From contig NC_043006.1 in the NCBI RefSeq assembly GCF_006345805.1, forward strand, positions 81,716,001-81,780,000: 64,000 nucleotides of DNA, written 5' to 3'. Made by a program: the position numbers and the translations under genes. Positions 27,043 to 40,667 of this stretch are shown here, piece after piece. The stretch comes from Octopus sinensis. Taxonomy: Eukaryota. Below the pieces are notes generated by a model, which searched no databases, was not told where the DNA came from, and saw nothing but the letters and a program-made list of their open reading frames with translations. Position 1 is the first letter of the stretch. The number at the start of each line of letters is the position of its first letter.

Positions 27043-27299
27043 ATATATATATATATGGGCCTCCAATCAGTTTTCGTCTATCGAATTCATTCCTAAGGCA
27101 TCCATGGCCCGGGTCTATTATAGAAAACACTTCTCCAAGGTAACACACGGTGGGGTACTCAGCCCAAAACTATGTCGGTGTAAAGTGGGCTTCTTAACCA
27201 CACAGCAAGCAATCATCACTTATTTCCCTCAGCAACGCTACTTAATCCGGATAGTACCATCATTCCAAAGTAATTCGGACCACAATTTCGAATATCAAC

Positions 27300-27830
27300 A
27301 CCACAAAACCCATCATCGTCGCCGCTACTGCCATCATCGTCATCATCATCATCATAATCGTCGTCGTTGTTGTAGTTGTCGTCATCGTCGTCGTCATCAT
27401 CACCTTCATCAGCAACAATATCAAAAGCAACAACAACGATGACAACAGCAACAACGATAATAACAATAACAGCAATAGCAACAACAACAACAGCAACAGA
27501 AATGGTTACAACAACAACGACAACACGATCATTAAGTATTATTACATGATAAATCATCTTACGACAATCTACAACCAAAATGGATGGACACCGAGGATCG
27601 AATTCCAAAGTTTGATACGAAAACATTGATGTTAGCAGCAGCAACAGTAACAGCAGATGTGGTAGTGGTGATGGTGGTGGTGGTGGTGGTGGTGGTGGTG
27701 GTAGGGGTTGAGGTGTAACGGTAGTGGGGGTAATGGTGGTGGTGGTTTCGTCCGTGGCGGCGGTTGAATGTTGGAGCTAGTGCAAGTACTGTAGTTCTTT
27801 GTGGTGGTGGTGGTGGTGGTGGTGGTGGTA
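27300..27830. repeat. Mixed trinucleotide low-complexity region ((ATC),(GTC),(AAC),(GGT))
   Basis: Direct inspection. Confidence 0.85.
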
Positions 27831-27964
27831 AGGGTAGAGGTGGCAGTGGCGTTGCTCCTGGTGTTGTGTGACGACATAAACGAAAGAAATAAAAAGTAGG
27901 AGGGAAAACAGAAAAAACATGAAAACAACAAACGTAAAGACAATGCAATCATTCATAGATATGC

Positions 27965-27979
27965 CTGCATATATATATG

Positions 27980-28064
<85 letters not shown>

Positions 28065-28187
28065 ATATATATATATATATTATATATATATATATATAAT
28101 ATATATTATATATTTATATATATATATATTATATATATATATTATATATATATATATTATATATATATATATTATATATATATTATA

Positions 28188-28270
<83 letters not shown>

Positions 28271-28341
28271 TATATATAATATATATATATTATATATATA
28301 TATATATATATAATATATATATATATATTATATATATATAT

Positions 28342-28373
<32 letters not shown>

Positions 28374-28390
28374 ATACGTATATATATATG
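27965..28390. repeat. Long imperfect (TA)n
   Basis: Direct inspection. Confidence 0.95.
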
Positions 28391-29122
28391 AATTATTTTA
28401 TCACCGACTGTGCCGCCATGTCTCGTTGATGTCTCGTTGGAATATTTTCTAGACGCCATTTTGTGAAAATGTTTCTTCTCTCTCAGTCAATGTATTTTTG
28501 CATTGTTTTGTGATATTTTTGTTTGTTTGTTCGTTCTTCAATATCCCGTGACAACTTAAATTTAGAAATGATTCAATGCTACAACATCCATCTTAGGCAT
28601 ATCTTTTATTTTTTTTTTCAAAAATTTTATTTGTCTTTTTATCGAAAATAGAAAACATCTAGTTTTATCAAAGTAGTTGAAAGAACTAATAATGAAAAAT
28701 ATGATTTTGTAAGTTTGTTTTCATTTGAAAATACGTGTTTACATGAGTCTTTGTATGATGATAGTGTGTATGCAAAAATTATGCGAATGTAGAAGAGGAG
28801 TAACGGAGACAGAGACACAGAGAGAGAGAGAGACAGGGAGAAACAGACAGAGAGAGGAGGAAATAAAGCGAGAAAGAGAGTAAGAAAGCAAGAATGTGGG
28901 AGTAAATGGGGAAGGTTTGGGATGCCTTTTAAACCTAATAATACATCAATTCACCGGAAATGGAAAATAACATGGTTAGGATTATTATTATATCTGTGTA
29001 TGAAATATAATTAAATTATATTGAGCCACTTATTTGTAGCCTTTTGTTTTTTAATGAATATGACGTTGATTGCGATAATCATTTATATCAGCATTTCAGA
29101 TCGCATGGATGCAGCAACATAC

Positions 29123-29209
29123 CTGCCCATGCAGCAGCTTTAGTCTTCTCTTCAAAGTGTCCTTGAAATTCATGAATGACGTCCAGTATTTGCAGGCATT
29201 TAAGATTCG
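29123..29209 (-). CDS. Putative internal coding exon (87 nt, phase 1-1)
   Basis: Polypyrimidine tract then non-optimal AAG| acceptor; strong CAG|GTATGT donor; NLKCLQILDVIHEFQGHFEEKTKAAAWA. Confidence 0.3.
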
Positions 29210-29369
29210 CTTTTTTAGAAAAAAAAATAAGCAAGAAAATATTACCCTGTGTCTAATGTGGCCGCATTACGGATGAGGGACCGAGTGTGGTAGGTTAAGG
29301 AGCCTCTAGGCATAATAATTATTACTAATAATGATCTTAAATTTTGATACAAGACCAGGGACTTCAGGG

Positions 29370-29770
29370 AAGGGAGTAAGTCAATAACATCGACCTCAGT
29401 GTTAAACTGGTACTTATTTTATCGACTCCGGATGGATGAAAGGCAAGGTCGGCCTCAGTAGCATTTGAACTCAGGATGTAAAGACCGAAGAATGCTACTG
29501 AGCATTTTTTTTCCAGCGTGCTAACGATTCTGCCACTTCGCCTCCTATAATTATTACTAATAATCCTTTCTACTAAAGGCACAAGGCCTGAAATTTGGTG
29601 GGGAAAGGGACTAACCATTTACATCGACCCTAGTGTTTCACTGGTACTTAATTTGTCGACCCCGAAGGGATGAAAGGCAAAGTCGACCACGCCGGAATTG
29701 GAACTCAGGGCATAGCAACGGACGAAAAACCGTTAAGCATTTCGTCCAACTTGTTAATGATTCTGCCAGC
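29370..29770 (-). mobile_element. Two tandem SINE family A copies
   Basis: Two core/B-box/A-box sets separated by attattactaataat. Confidence 0.75.
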
Positions 29771-29887
29771 TCACCGACTGTAATTATTACTAATAATAAA
29801 ATATCAAAAACAAGCCGAAGCATCACAGTATGTTAGCACAAACTCACGAAAAATTACTTTGATCGATATATATATACATGTGTGTGT

Positions 29888-30010
29888 ATTGGCCTGCTCA
29901 CTTAGCCAAGCGGGGTAGCGTCATTTGAAGGCTAAAACAATGCGAAGCGCATTGTGACCAGCGATGTGTAGCAACATCTGATAGCCTGGTCGGTCACGGT
30001 GATCACGATG
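29888..30010 (+). mobile_element. SINE family C, 3' part
   Basis: Reverse complement of 51921-52035 (gcattgtgaccagcgatgtgtagcaacatctgat). Confidence 0.75.
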
Positions 30011-30063
<53 letters not shown>

Positions 30064-30281
30064 AGGATAAGATCGTTAATTTAAAATAAAATAACGATTT
30101 TTTCAAGTGGCCAGCATGGAAAAAATAACCTTCATAGGTAATAATTATTAAAATTATAAATTAGGGTATCTACGAGATACCACCATACTGAAAATAGCAA
30201 CCATGATCTGACTCTAAAACCACCTTAATTGTCCATATCGCAAAACGGAGAGAAAACAAAGAGACAAGATGAAACTAGTAA

Positions 30282-30382
<101 letters not shown>

Positions 30383-30387
30383 CATGT

Positions 30388-30419
<32 letters not shown>

Positions 30420-31730
30420 ATATATATATATAATGATTTGATTTTTCATCGTTCATCAACAACCTAGTTACTTATAGGATGGATACTTGATTGTATCTCA
30501 GTAGGCTACAGAGGAGTAAAGACGTTTCTTCAAACCAGATCACAGAGTTCAGCTTATCAATGTTTTATAGCTATTTTACTGCGATTACTGCAATAATAAA
30601 CGTGTAATATGTTTGAATAGTAATGCCACATTATAGCTTGTGTTACTGGGATACCGTTGAAGTATTTGTTTTTCTGTGTGTGTGTGTATGTAAAAGTAAC
30701 TATATTCATAAATATTGAAATACATTTGATTTCCAGGGCACATAGCTACACATAAAACAGAGTCGAGCGTTCATTGCTTTCCAAGGTTAGTTGTAATTAC
30801 GCACGCAGGTGCTCTAGCATTGACTGGGATTTGAAACTGCGTCGTGGTGTAGACTGGCCTGATCCTTACTCACAGGATCGTATAGGCAACTACATCATTT
30901 CTACTAAGGCATAAGGCCTGAAATTTTGTTGTAGGGGTGGAGTTTAGTCGAGTACACTAACCATAGTACTCAACTCGTACTTATTTTATCGACTCCAGAA
31001 AGGATGAAAGGCAAAGTCGATCTCGGCTGCATTTGAACTCAGAACGTAAAGGTTGCAGAAATATTACTAAACAATATTTTTTCTTTTCGGGCACGATAAT
31101 GCGTCTACTAGTTCTGCAATTATGTCGATTCCACTAATTCTCTGGTACTATATTTTAGCAGTCTCTGATACCTGATCCCCAAATGTGCTAATACTAATGA
31201 ATATCCTTTCTACTACAGGTACAAGGTTTGAAATTTGCAGGGAGAGGCGGTCGATTACATAAACTTGATTTTTTATTTCCCACAAGGGGACAACATAGAT
31301 AAGGGACAATACAATCTCATTGGGGTCAGATGGACGGATAGATATGACATAAAGATGACATTAAAAATTCACAAAAATATAAATAAATCGAATGATAGGA
31401 CAGATCGGAAGACATTACGGATGCAGTGGGAAGGCGGGTTCAATTCGGACCCCACGAGCCCCGCCTCGCCACTGTTACCTGAGATACGTCCTGCGTCGCA
31501 TTCATGAGGTTACATTCACTCGCAACATCCGTGTTACATTCTTCCATCGATGGTCAATTACATAAACTGCTAGTAATTGAGTGATACTTATTTTATCGAC
31601 CCTGTAAGAATGGAAAGCAAAGTCGCCCTCAGCAGCATTTCAACACAGAACGTGATAATAAAAGAAGTACTGCTAAGCATTGTTTTCCGGCGTGATAACG
31701 CTTCTGCCGGCTTGCTGCTTTTATATAAAC

Positions 31731-32043
31731 CAGGGGTCGGGGAACCTTTTTAACTAGTTACTCCAAAATATATTTATTTACCCCGAGGTTATCCCCTTGA
31801 TTTTAAAGGAAGAAAATCATAGATTTTTTGTTTATTATTCCAAAAGGTTTCTTGAATCTATTTTATTGAATCTATTTATATGAATCTATTTACACGTCCA
31901 TTACTTTATACAGATGCAGTGTTGCCTGAAGAAAATTTTCTGTCGTAACAAGGAACACGTCTTTTTTATATAATTTCACTTATGCCTAGTGAGTCCTCAT
32001 TACCCACAAGAATTTCATTTTTATCCCTTTTCGCCGACCCCTG
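31731..32043. mobile_element. hAT-Charlie-type MITE
   Basis: TIRs CAGGGGTCGG / CCGACCCCTG; 8-bp TSD atataaac / atatagac (7/8 match). Confidence 0.8.
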
Positions 32044-32682
32044 ATATAGACAATTACATCGACTCCAGTTACTTCGCTGATACTTTTATTTTACTAACTC
32101 CGGATCGACTGCTTTCCAAAAGTGTTACTACTAGTAAATGTAAAGAGTTGTTGGGTGGGATAGTTGGCTAGAAATAACAGCTAAATTTACCTCAAACTTT
32201 ACAATACTATCAAGTTAAGTGGGGGAATACATAGGATAATGTTCTTGATATCTTTGAATATAAAACTAGATAATCATATCTTGGATGCCTTTTGTACTCT
32301 TTCGCTCCAACTTTCTCTCACTCTTTCTTTCTGTTTCTTGTCCCCGACTTCCTACGCAACCGCTGAGCCTGGATGCGCATTCATCCCTCCATCGATGCTC
32401 TCGGTGTCGGGGTTTGACCTGCTTTCTCTTCTGCGGGTCTTACGAATAGCAAAGGACCACGTTTCGGACTTCTCCCACTACGGACGAAGACCGCTTCGCT
32501 CAACAAACAAACAAACAAACAGCATCGGCAACATTGCCACAGTACTGTAACCAACGGAGCCAATCACCTACCCCAATCATCTACCCTGGTAGCACAAGCC
32601 GTCAGAGCACGTACGTATTCAGACTACCAAATCAACAATTATATGGCAATATTTTGTGGTGGGTCGCTGTATGAAACGAGAT

Positions 32683-33213
32683 TTACTTTTGTTTCCATAA
32701 TTCCATTGAAATACACTGCTTTTGTTTCAATAATTTGGAAAATAATGAGGGAAAATTAGCCCCGCGCTGTGGGGGTGGCTGCTGCGGCGAATGCCACTGG
32801 CCATTCTCTGCGGCAATACCTTTGGAATTATGTCCGTGAGGGGCGGCTAAACACGCCATTTGTTCTGGAGTGCACAACCTATTACTCTTCACCCCCACCT
32901 TCTGCTGCTTAATTTAACCCTCTTTTTTCCCCTTTTTCTTCCTTTACTTGTTAAAGTAATTATGGGTTTTCTTTTCCTCGGTAATTTGATTTTTTTATAC
33001 TTTAAATGTTTTTTTTTTTATCTTTTCTTCCTGTAAAAATATGTTTTTAATGAAATTTAGAAAAATAATTTTGATATTATTAAGCTGATATTTGGAGCAA
33101 AATTTAACACAAAATTTTGACGTGTGGTTTCAATTTAGATTACTTTAGAATAGAGGGTTTTTTTGTCATAAAACCAAGGGCGGTCTCAGATGGTTTCGTG
33201 TCAAAAGAGTTAA
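32683..33213 (-). mobile_element. piggyBac-like MITE with ~290-bp internal insert
   Basis: TTAA|CTCTTTTG end at 33213; degenerate matching end near 32683; non-MITE segment at ~32755-33040; family recognised from memory only. Confidence 0.4.
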
Positions 33214-33844
33214 TATGGTTTCTTAAATACGAAAAAAATTGACACTACAATGGAATTGATTTCGAAGATTACAGCTGTTCTCTCTGTGCAGAGAAATCAA
33301 AAGTCTTTTCTATTTTTTTTTTTGGCTTTTTTTTTTTGCAAGCCTATCGAGATTGATGTCATCAACATTCCGCTTAAACAATTGTGTGTCCATGACCGCA
33401 GGAAAAAGATGAAAGAGTTTTAAAGGCTCGGTACTCGGAAAACGAAGGACAAGGCGTAATGGTCGGTTGAGGTGAAATTAACATAGGAAATAAGAGGAGA
33501 AGCGAGTGAAAGTGATTCAAAACCAGCTTCTTCTGAGGCGTAGGAAACCATTGTAGTCCCATGAGAGAAGGACATAGGTAGGAGATATCACGTCTTTAGA
33601 GTTGGTGGTGGTGGTGGTGGTGGTAGGAGGCTGGCGTAGATTTGTGAGTGATTTGCACCAATCAATCGGGGAAGCCTTTTTTACGATTTATTTATAATAG
33701 TTGTCTCGATTCGTTATTTTATTATATAGACTATAGTAATTAGTAACATGGGAGAACCTATACTTAGCAAACGAAGGAACGTATCTGGCCATTTGATCTA
33801 TGACTAAATATGTTTGTGCAAATGTATGTGTATTCATTTATTCG

Positions 33845-34253
33845 TTTATGTTTCGGTCATTTGACTGTAGCCATGCTGGAGCACTGCATTAAATACTTTT
33901 AGTCGAAGAAATCGACCCCAGAACTTATTCTTTGTAAGCCTAGTACTTATTCTATCGGTCTCTTTTGCCGAACCACTTATATACGGGGACATAAACACAC
34001 CAGCATCGGTTGTCAAGCGATGGTGGCGGAGGACAAACACAGGCACACAAAAAAATATATATATATATATTTATATAGGGAGAATTCAGAAGAGAGGTGG
34101 TGTAGACAACAAACAGATGTATTAGTATAACGCTCGGGAATTGAAAAGTCTTCACGTTTCGAGCCTACGCTCTTCCACAGAAAGGAACACAGAAAGAAAC
34201 AAGGAGACAAAAAATGTGTGTAGTGGCTACCGATCTATCATGGTGACATATAC

Positions 34254-34311
<58 letters not shown>

Positions 34312-34360
34312 ATATATATAATATATATACATATAAATACACACACACACACACACACAC

Positions 34361-34412
<52 letters not shown>

Positions 34413-34560
34413 GCTTCTTTCGGTTTCTGTCTACCAAATCCACTCACAAGGCTTTGGTCGGCCCGAGGTTATAGTAGAAGATACTTGCCCAAGGTGCAAC
34501 GCAGTAGGACTGAACCCGTAACCATGTGGTTAGGAAGCAAGCTTCTTACCACACAGCCAC
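33845..34560 (-). mobile_element. SINE family B split by a Penelope-like insert in its internal microsatellite
   Basis: 3' half 33845-34050, 5' half 34405-34560. Confidence 0.8.
34075..34250 (-). mobile_element. Penelope-like pseudo-LTR fragment with decayed hammerhead
   Basis: Minus strand tttCTGTGGA-a-gagc-gtag-gctc-GAAACGTG; homologous to 3140-3315. Confidence 0.55.
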
Positions 34561-35033
34561 ATGTGTGTATGTCTGCGTAATTTTTTGTACGTACGCTATA
34601 TTTCTTGATATTATCTGTAGTGACAAAATTATACTTTCAAAGTCACATGACGGATAACACTCTAGTGCATGTATATAATATCAGACATATTACCCGACAT
34701 GCGTATATTTCCTCTGTGATTGTTTCTGAATAAATAGTATATAGTAAATATATGAGAGTTATGATATAAAGCTATAAGGGAGGTTGCAGGGGTTTTTATC
34801 CTTTTTTGTTTATTTCGTTGTTGTTTTTTGTCTTGTTGTCCTGAGACAACCGCAAGTATTATTTGATGCAGAAAATATCTATAAGCTGGATGTCGTTTTG
34901 TTATGACTGGTAATACTACATAGTTCTTTGAGGATTAATAATGATTTATGTATAAAACCAGATCTTGTGCATTCAGTGGCAACATCCTATACACCACACA
35001 CGCACGCACGCATACATACATTCACGCGCATAC

Positions 35034-35073
<40 letters not shown>

Positions 35074-35184
35074 TCACACGTGCATACATATACATTTATA
35101 TAAAGACACATATGTACACACGTACAAATAATGTTGTTTATAGACAGACAGATGGCAGACAGAACAGACAGACAGACAGAACAT

Positions 35185-35253
<69 letters not shown>

Positions 35254-35319
35254 CAGTTATACAGAAGTGAGCCTGCGTTTATAGCAATATTTTATATTCC
35301 TTTTAACTTTTTTACTCAT

Positions 35320-35712
35320 TTCAGTCATTAGACTGCGGCCATGCTGGGGCACCGCCTGGAAGAACTTTTATTCGAAGCAATCCTTCCCAGTACCGTTTAA
35401 TGAAACCTGGTACTTCTGTTAGTCTTATTTACCGAACAGCTAAGCTACGGAGACCTAAACACACCAACAACGGTTATCAAGCGGTGGTGGAAGACGAACA
35501 CAGTTACAAACACACACACACACACACACACATGTATGTGTATGTATATATATTTATACGTCGAACTTCTTTCCCTCTTCCACATACACTCACAAGGCTT
35601 TAGTCGGTCCGAGGTTACAGGAGAAGACGTTTGCTCATGGTGCCATGCAATAGGACTGAACCCGGTACCATGTAGTTGGGAAGCAAGCTTCTTACCACAC
35701 AGTCATGCTTGT
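35320..35712 (-). mobile_element. SINE family B, degenerate full length
   Basis: Tail, (CA)n and head all present on the minus strand. Confidence 0.75.
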
Positions 35713-35762
35713 GCCTATATACATATCTTTGTTTTATTCTTTTGCATATATATGTATATATA

Positions 35763-35808
<46 letters not shown>

Positions 35809-35820
35809 TATATAACGGCA

Positions 35821-36378
35821 TTTTTTCCGTAATAAGGTAAAAAAAACCAAGGCTGCGTAGATTTTAGAACATTTATAAATAGTATGTCCTACAGCTGTTT
35901 CTAGGATATTTATTATATCTCTTCATCGGAGACGGTGTGAGAAGATGGTTAAGCAATAGTTAATTTAGATAAGATACGAAATAGAGAATAAAGTAGAGGA
36001 ATGAAAATAGATGTGAGATATGCAGGGATATGCCTATCTCACATCTATTTTCATTCCTCCACCTCACCCTATACTTAGTATCTTATCTAAATTAAATATT
36101 GCTTAACCATCTTCTCAAACCGTCTCCGATGAAGAGATATAATAAATATCCTAGAAACAGCTGTAGGACCTTCTATCTATAAATGTTCTAAAATCTACAC
36201 AGCCTTGGTTTTTTTATCTCCTTACGTAATTTTTTTATATGCACACGCTGATATATGACCTACGTTGAACCCCTTATTCGCATAATCACCGAACCTGGAA
36301 TTCATCTATGGTCTATCCATAGCACTTATTCAGCATTACCTGACACCTTTGGGTCTCACTGGCACCATTACCTCTCAT
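35821..36378. mobile_element. Fold-back palindrome 2 (arms ~205 bp) plus ~145-bp one-sided extension
   Basis: Centre ~36027; hammerhead-like motifs at 35886-35933 (-) and 36122-36169 (+); extension 36231-36378 matches 39171-39319 (-). Confidence 0.8.
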
Positions 36379-36380
36379 AA

Positions 36381-36423
<43 letters not shown>

Positions 36424-39137
36424 GAACGTATATCTAGCATGTACGTCAAATCCTAATATAAGCCTTCTATGAACTTTCTACATTGAACGAGCGCCATCTC
36501 TGCGACAAAGCGTCGTAGATGCTTTACCTGTAGCTAAAAGTGCAGGAAATATTTTAAAATGTCGCAAGCTCTTTGTCTTGATGGTGACGAAAGGAATTCC
36601 ATAGATGGAAACCTTTTTTTTATATCATCAGCAGATATCCTGCAATCACGAGTGTTACGCCCTTTAGCCGCTACTATGCTTAGTCTGAGCAGAGCAGCGA
36701 GGACTGAACTAGCTCATTTGCAGAAAGATAGTATCTAAAGTCCCTTATCAACTACTATAGTCATGAGCTGGCCTCAGCAAGTATAGCTGCCTCCCCCAAG
36801 AGGTTTTTCTTCTGTTACTTGGGTTCCAAACTGACCTGCCGCAAGAAATAGCGCACCGATCTTGTTGCCTAGTCTAGTCTGAGCGACGACACTGCCATCT
36901 TTTCCGGGAAGATGAGTTAAGTGTACACGTGTCTAAGGAGTGCTCAGGCACTTGCACGTTAATTTCACGAGCAGGCTGTCCCGTTGATCAGATCAACTGG
37001 AACCCTCGTCGTCGTAACCGACGGAGTGTCACGAGCCTCTGACTGGAGCAACGTCTGAAATTTGAGGGTGATTTTTACTGACCTCAGACAGATGAAAGGG
37101 ATATTTGGACTCGGAGAGATTTAACTCCAGAAAACAAAAATATAAATATAAACTGCAAATAAACTTAAATCATTTAGTCTGAGGTTTGATGTAAAATTGA
37201 AATCGGGTCCCCCACAACTGCTTTTGACTTAAGAGTCTTATCAACTTTCCGTTAAAACTTGATACCTGAGGTTAGTGATACATGCTTCTGATTGGCCCCC
37301 AACTCTCCACAACTTAACTCTGAAAGGACCTTGTCGTGGCTCCACGATAGATGTACGTTTGTATATAAATATATCTATGTGTATGTGTGAATGTGAGTGT
37401 GCGTGTGCAGGTACATACACACACACACACACATACATACATGCATACACACACACACACACACAAAAAGCTAAAGGAGAGGAAAAAGATGCAGACAGAC
37501 AGATCTCACGCTTTACTTCACAATTTATCTCCCAGGATTTTTCTAACAATCGAGTGAAACTCAATCCAAACCAGAATTCTTATAGATTTTTTTCTGCTGT
37601 CATTTCAAGATTTTTCTAGTTTCTCTCTGAATTATTTTCTCTAGTTTTTTTTTTTTTTTTTTTTTTTTTGTTATTTTCGCACTGATTATTACGTTTTCTT
37701 TTATGTATTGTCTTCAGTTGTCATATATACTGAACAATACCTCCTGCATGGCATTTAAAACACATGTATACTATTGATATTATATGAAGACTAGCGGGTG
37801 GTGGATTATCAGAATTGGTTGAGAGGTAGACAAAATGGCTTATTGTATTTAATTACATATTTGGGGTTCGAATCCAGCCGGTGACGATTTTGCCATTCCT
37901 TCCTCTGAGAGTCACTACTCTACACACTAAAACTCAAAACCCATTCTATCTATGTTGCTACATTATTACTGTCAGCGCGAGTCCATGCGGAGAACCTCAA
38001 TGTAGTCATTGGGTCAGTTAGAAGTAGCAGATAAACACCTGTCAAGTTACACTCTAATTGTCATTGAAAAATTAAGGACACATTGGTTAATATACTCTTA
38101 GGCATATTGTGTGTTAACAAAAGAGGGGTTCGTTGTGGTTGGACTAGTTTTGATCATAGGTCTGTTTGATCAGAGGTGACAGAGGATGCAGTTAAGCATC
38201 AGAGCTATTTGAGGGCGATACTTAAGCAATGTCATCGACCCCAGTTTTTAACTGATACTTTATTTTTACCGACTTCAGACAGATGAAAGGGATAATTGAA
38301 CTTGGAGAGATTTAACTCCAGAAAACAAAAGTATAAATATAAACCGCAAAGCTTTCAGTTCGCCTCTTTGCTGTTCTGATAATCGACCGCCTTAAGTTTT
38401 GATATAATGGTTTCTGATTGAACCATATGGCCGGCTAATTTTGTGAATGGATTAGACGATACCAGTGTCTCCACCACTTGACCGTATTTTATTTTATCGA
38501 TTCCGAATGGATGAAAGGCAAAGCTGCCCGCGGCAGGATTTGAACTTAGAAGGTAATGATTCGGAAGAGATATCGTAAACCATTCAATCTGCCGCTTCAC
38601 CGGTTCTGATATCCTACCTCCTTCAAGTTTTGATATAATATCAATAACATACGTGTGATTTAAATGCCACGTAGGAAGCATCGCTATGTGTATATGACAA
38701 TAGAAGACAATGCATAAAAATGTAAAATGCAATAACCTGTGCAAAAATAATATAAAAATATAAAGAAAACATAAGAATTCTGGTAAATAAATTGATTACG
38801 ATAGAAACTAGAGACACAGGAAAATCTTGAAATGACAGCAGAAAAATCTATAGGAATTTTAGTTTGGTTTCTCTTTCACACAATTCTTAGATAAACAAGA
38901 AAAACAAATTGATAAGTTGGACGAGGAAAATGACTGTCTGTCTATCTGTCTATTACCTTCCTCCCGTTCTCTCTCTATATATATATGTATATCACTTTGT
39001 CTATCTCTGTGCGTATATTCCTCTCTCTTTTCGCTTTGTGTGCATACATGCAAACATACATACTTATACACATACACACACACACACACATACATACATA
39101 CATACATACATACATACATACATACATACATACATAC

Positions 39138-39170
<33 letters not shown>

Positions 39171-39178
<8 letters not shown>

Positions 39179-39576
39179 TAATGGTGTCATTGAGACCCAA
39201 AGGTGTCAGGTAGTGCTGAATAAGTGCTATAAACAGACCATAGTTAAGTTCCAGATTCGGTAATATTGCGAATAAAGGGTTCAACGTTGGTTCTATGATG
39301 TCAGCGTGTGTATATAAAAAATTTTTGCGTAATAAGAGAAAAAAACCATGGCTGCATAGATATTAGAGCATTTATAGAAAGGCCTTACAGCTGTTTCTAG
39401 GATATTTATTAATAATATCCCTTCATATATTGAATATAAATATATATTAATAATATCCCTTCTCAGATGAAGGGATATTATTAATAGATATCCTAAAAAC
39501 AGCTGTGAGACCTTCTATCTATAAATGCTCTAATATCTATACAGCCTTGGTTTTTTATCTTATTACGCAAAAAATT
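39171..39576. mobile_element. Fold-back palindrome 3 (arms ~110 bp) plus one-sided extension
   Basis: Arms 39320-39426 and ~39465-39576; rearranged centre; same outer terminus as palindromes 1 and 2. Confidence 0.75.
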
Positions 39577-40231
39577 CTTATCAAAGTTGATCTGGGTGGG
39601 GTTTGAACTCAGCATGTAAAGAAACGGAGCAATTACCACAAGGTATCCTTTCCGATGATCTAGTGATTTTGCCACTTTATTTTATCGACCCAGAAAGGAT
39701 GAAAGGTAAAGTTGATATCGGCTGGATTTGAAATCTAATAATGACAATACTCGAAAGTTAAGAATTGAAGAGAAAAAAAATGTAAATAAATATTCTATGC
39801 AAATATAACGAGAGGTAGGGGATAATGGGTGGCATGGGGAGGGGAGTGATAATGGATGAGGGTAGAGAATTATTAGAAGGAGGATACGAGTGAAAAATGA
39901 AAAGGGGTGAGCAGATGACGACAGCCTGCGTATGGTGGTCGAGAATAATGGAGGGTATTGAACCGGAATTCCATAGAAATTAAACAGTGTGCAGAATTAG
40001 TATGAGAAAATTTGAAAATTAGAAAATAATCAATAATCAATAGACTACTCCTAAAAATAAAATTATGAGTCTAAAACATAAATTTAATGGTGGCGATATT
40101 TGTTTGTCTGACGGTCAAGTGTGCTAGGGTATAGGGGTATAGTTCTGAAGGTCATCCGAGTGGTGAGGGTCGACATTCACATTGAGCAGAGCACTGGCAG
40201 TAGGTCAGAATGACACAGAGTAGAGCAGATC

Positions 40232-40302
<71 letters not shown>

Positions 40303-40667
40303 CATTGTTATTATTTGGTAAACAGTGTGAGGGGTTGTACGTCATTTATAATTTAGTGAATTAGTGATTTGATGGTATAATAAATTAGCAAAACTGCTGA
40401 ATAAATAAGTGGAGCAATGAAATTATAGGGAAAAAAATCAATAAAGGCGAAGGGCTATTAATGAGTTACCGGAACTAGTTACTTAATGGTTGGCAGAGGC
40501 GAAAGTGGGCGATAAAAAGAATATTACGAAGGGAAGTGGATAATAATAATTTTCATAATGAACTTAATGTGCTAATGATAATGCAGCACAATGAGGATAA
40601 CACAATAATACGGGGGGAAATGTAAAGGGATATGAGGAATGGGTGTGGGGTTAATAATGATAATAAT

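Noticed and set aside
27216-27952. Poly-V/D/T/H/P ORFs
   Set aside because: Trinucleotide low-complexity DNA that is open in several frames on both strands; no splice or domain support.
36528-36860. Strong minus-strand donors (CAG|GTAAAG, CAG|GTCAGT) with short open frames
   Set aside because: No convincing acceptor in frame; could be chance. The same applies to candidates near 18481-18533, 12510-12580 and 44185-44275.
39800-40640. Possible CR1/L2 3' remnant on the minus strand
   Set aside because: Only a WNS-like triplet and pyrimidine-rich composition; not enough to call.
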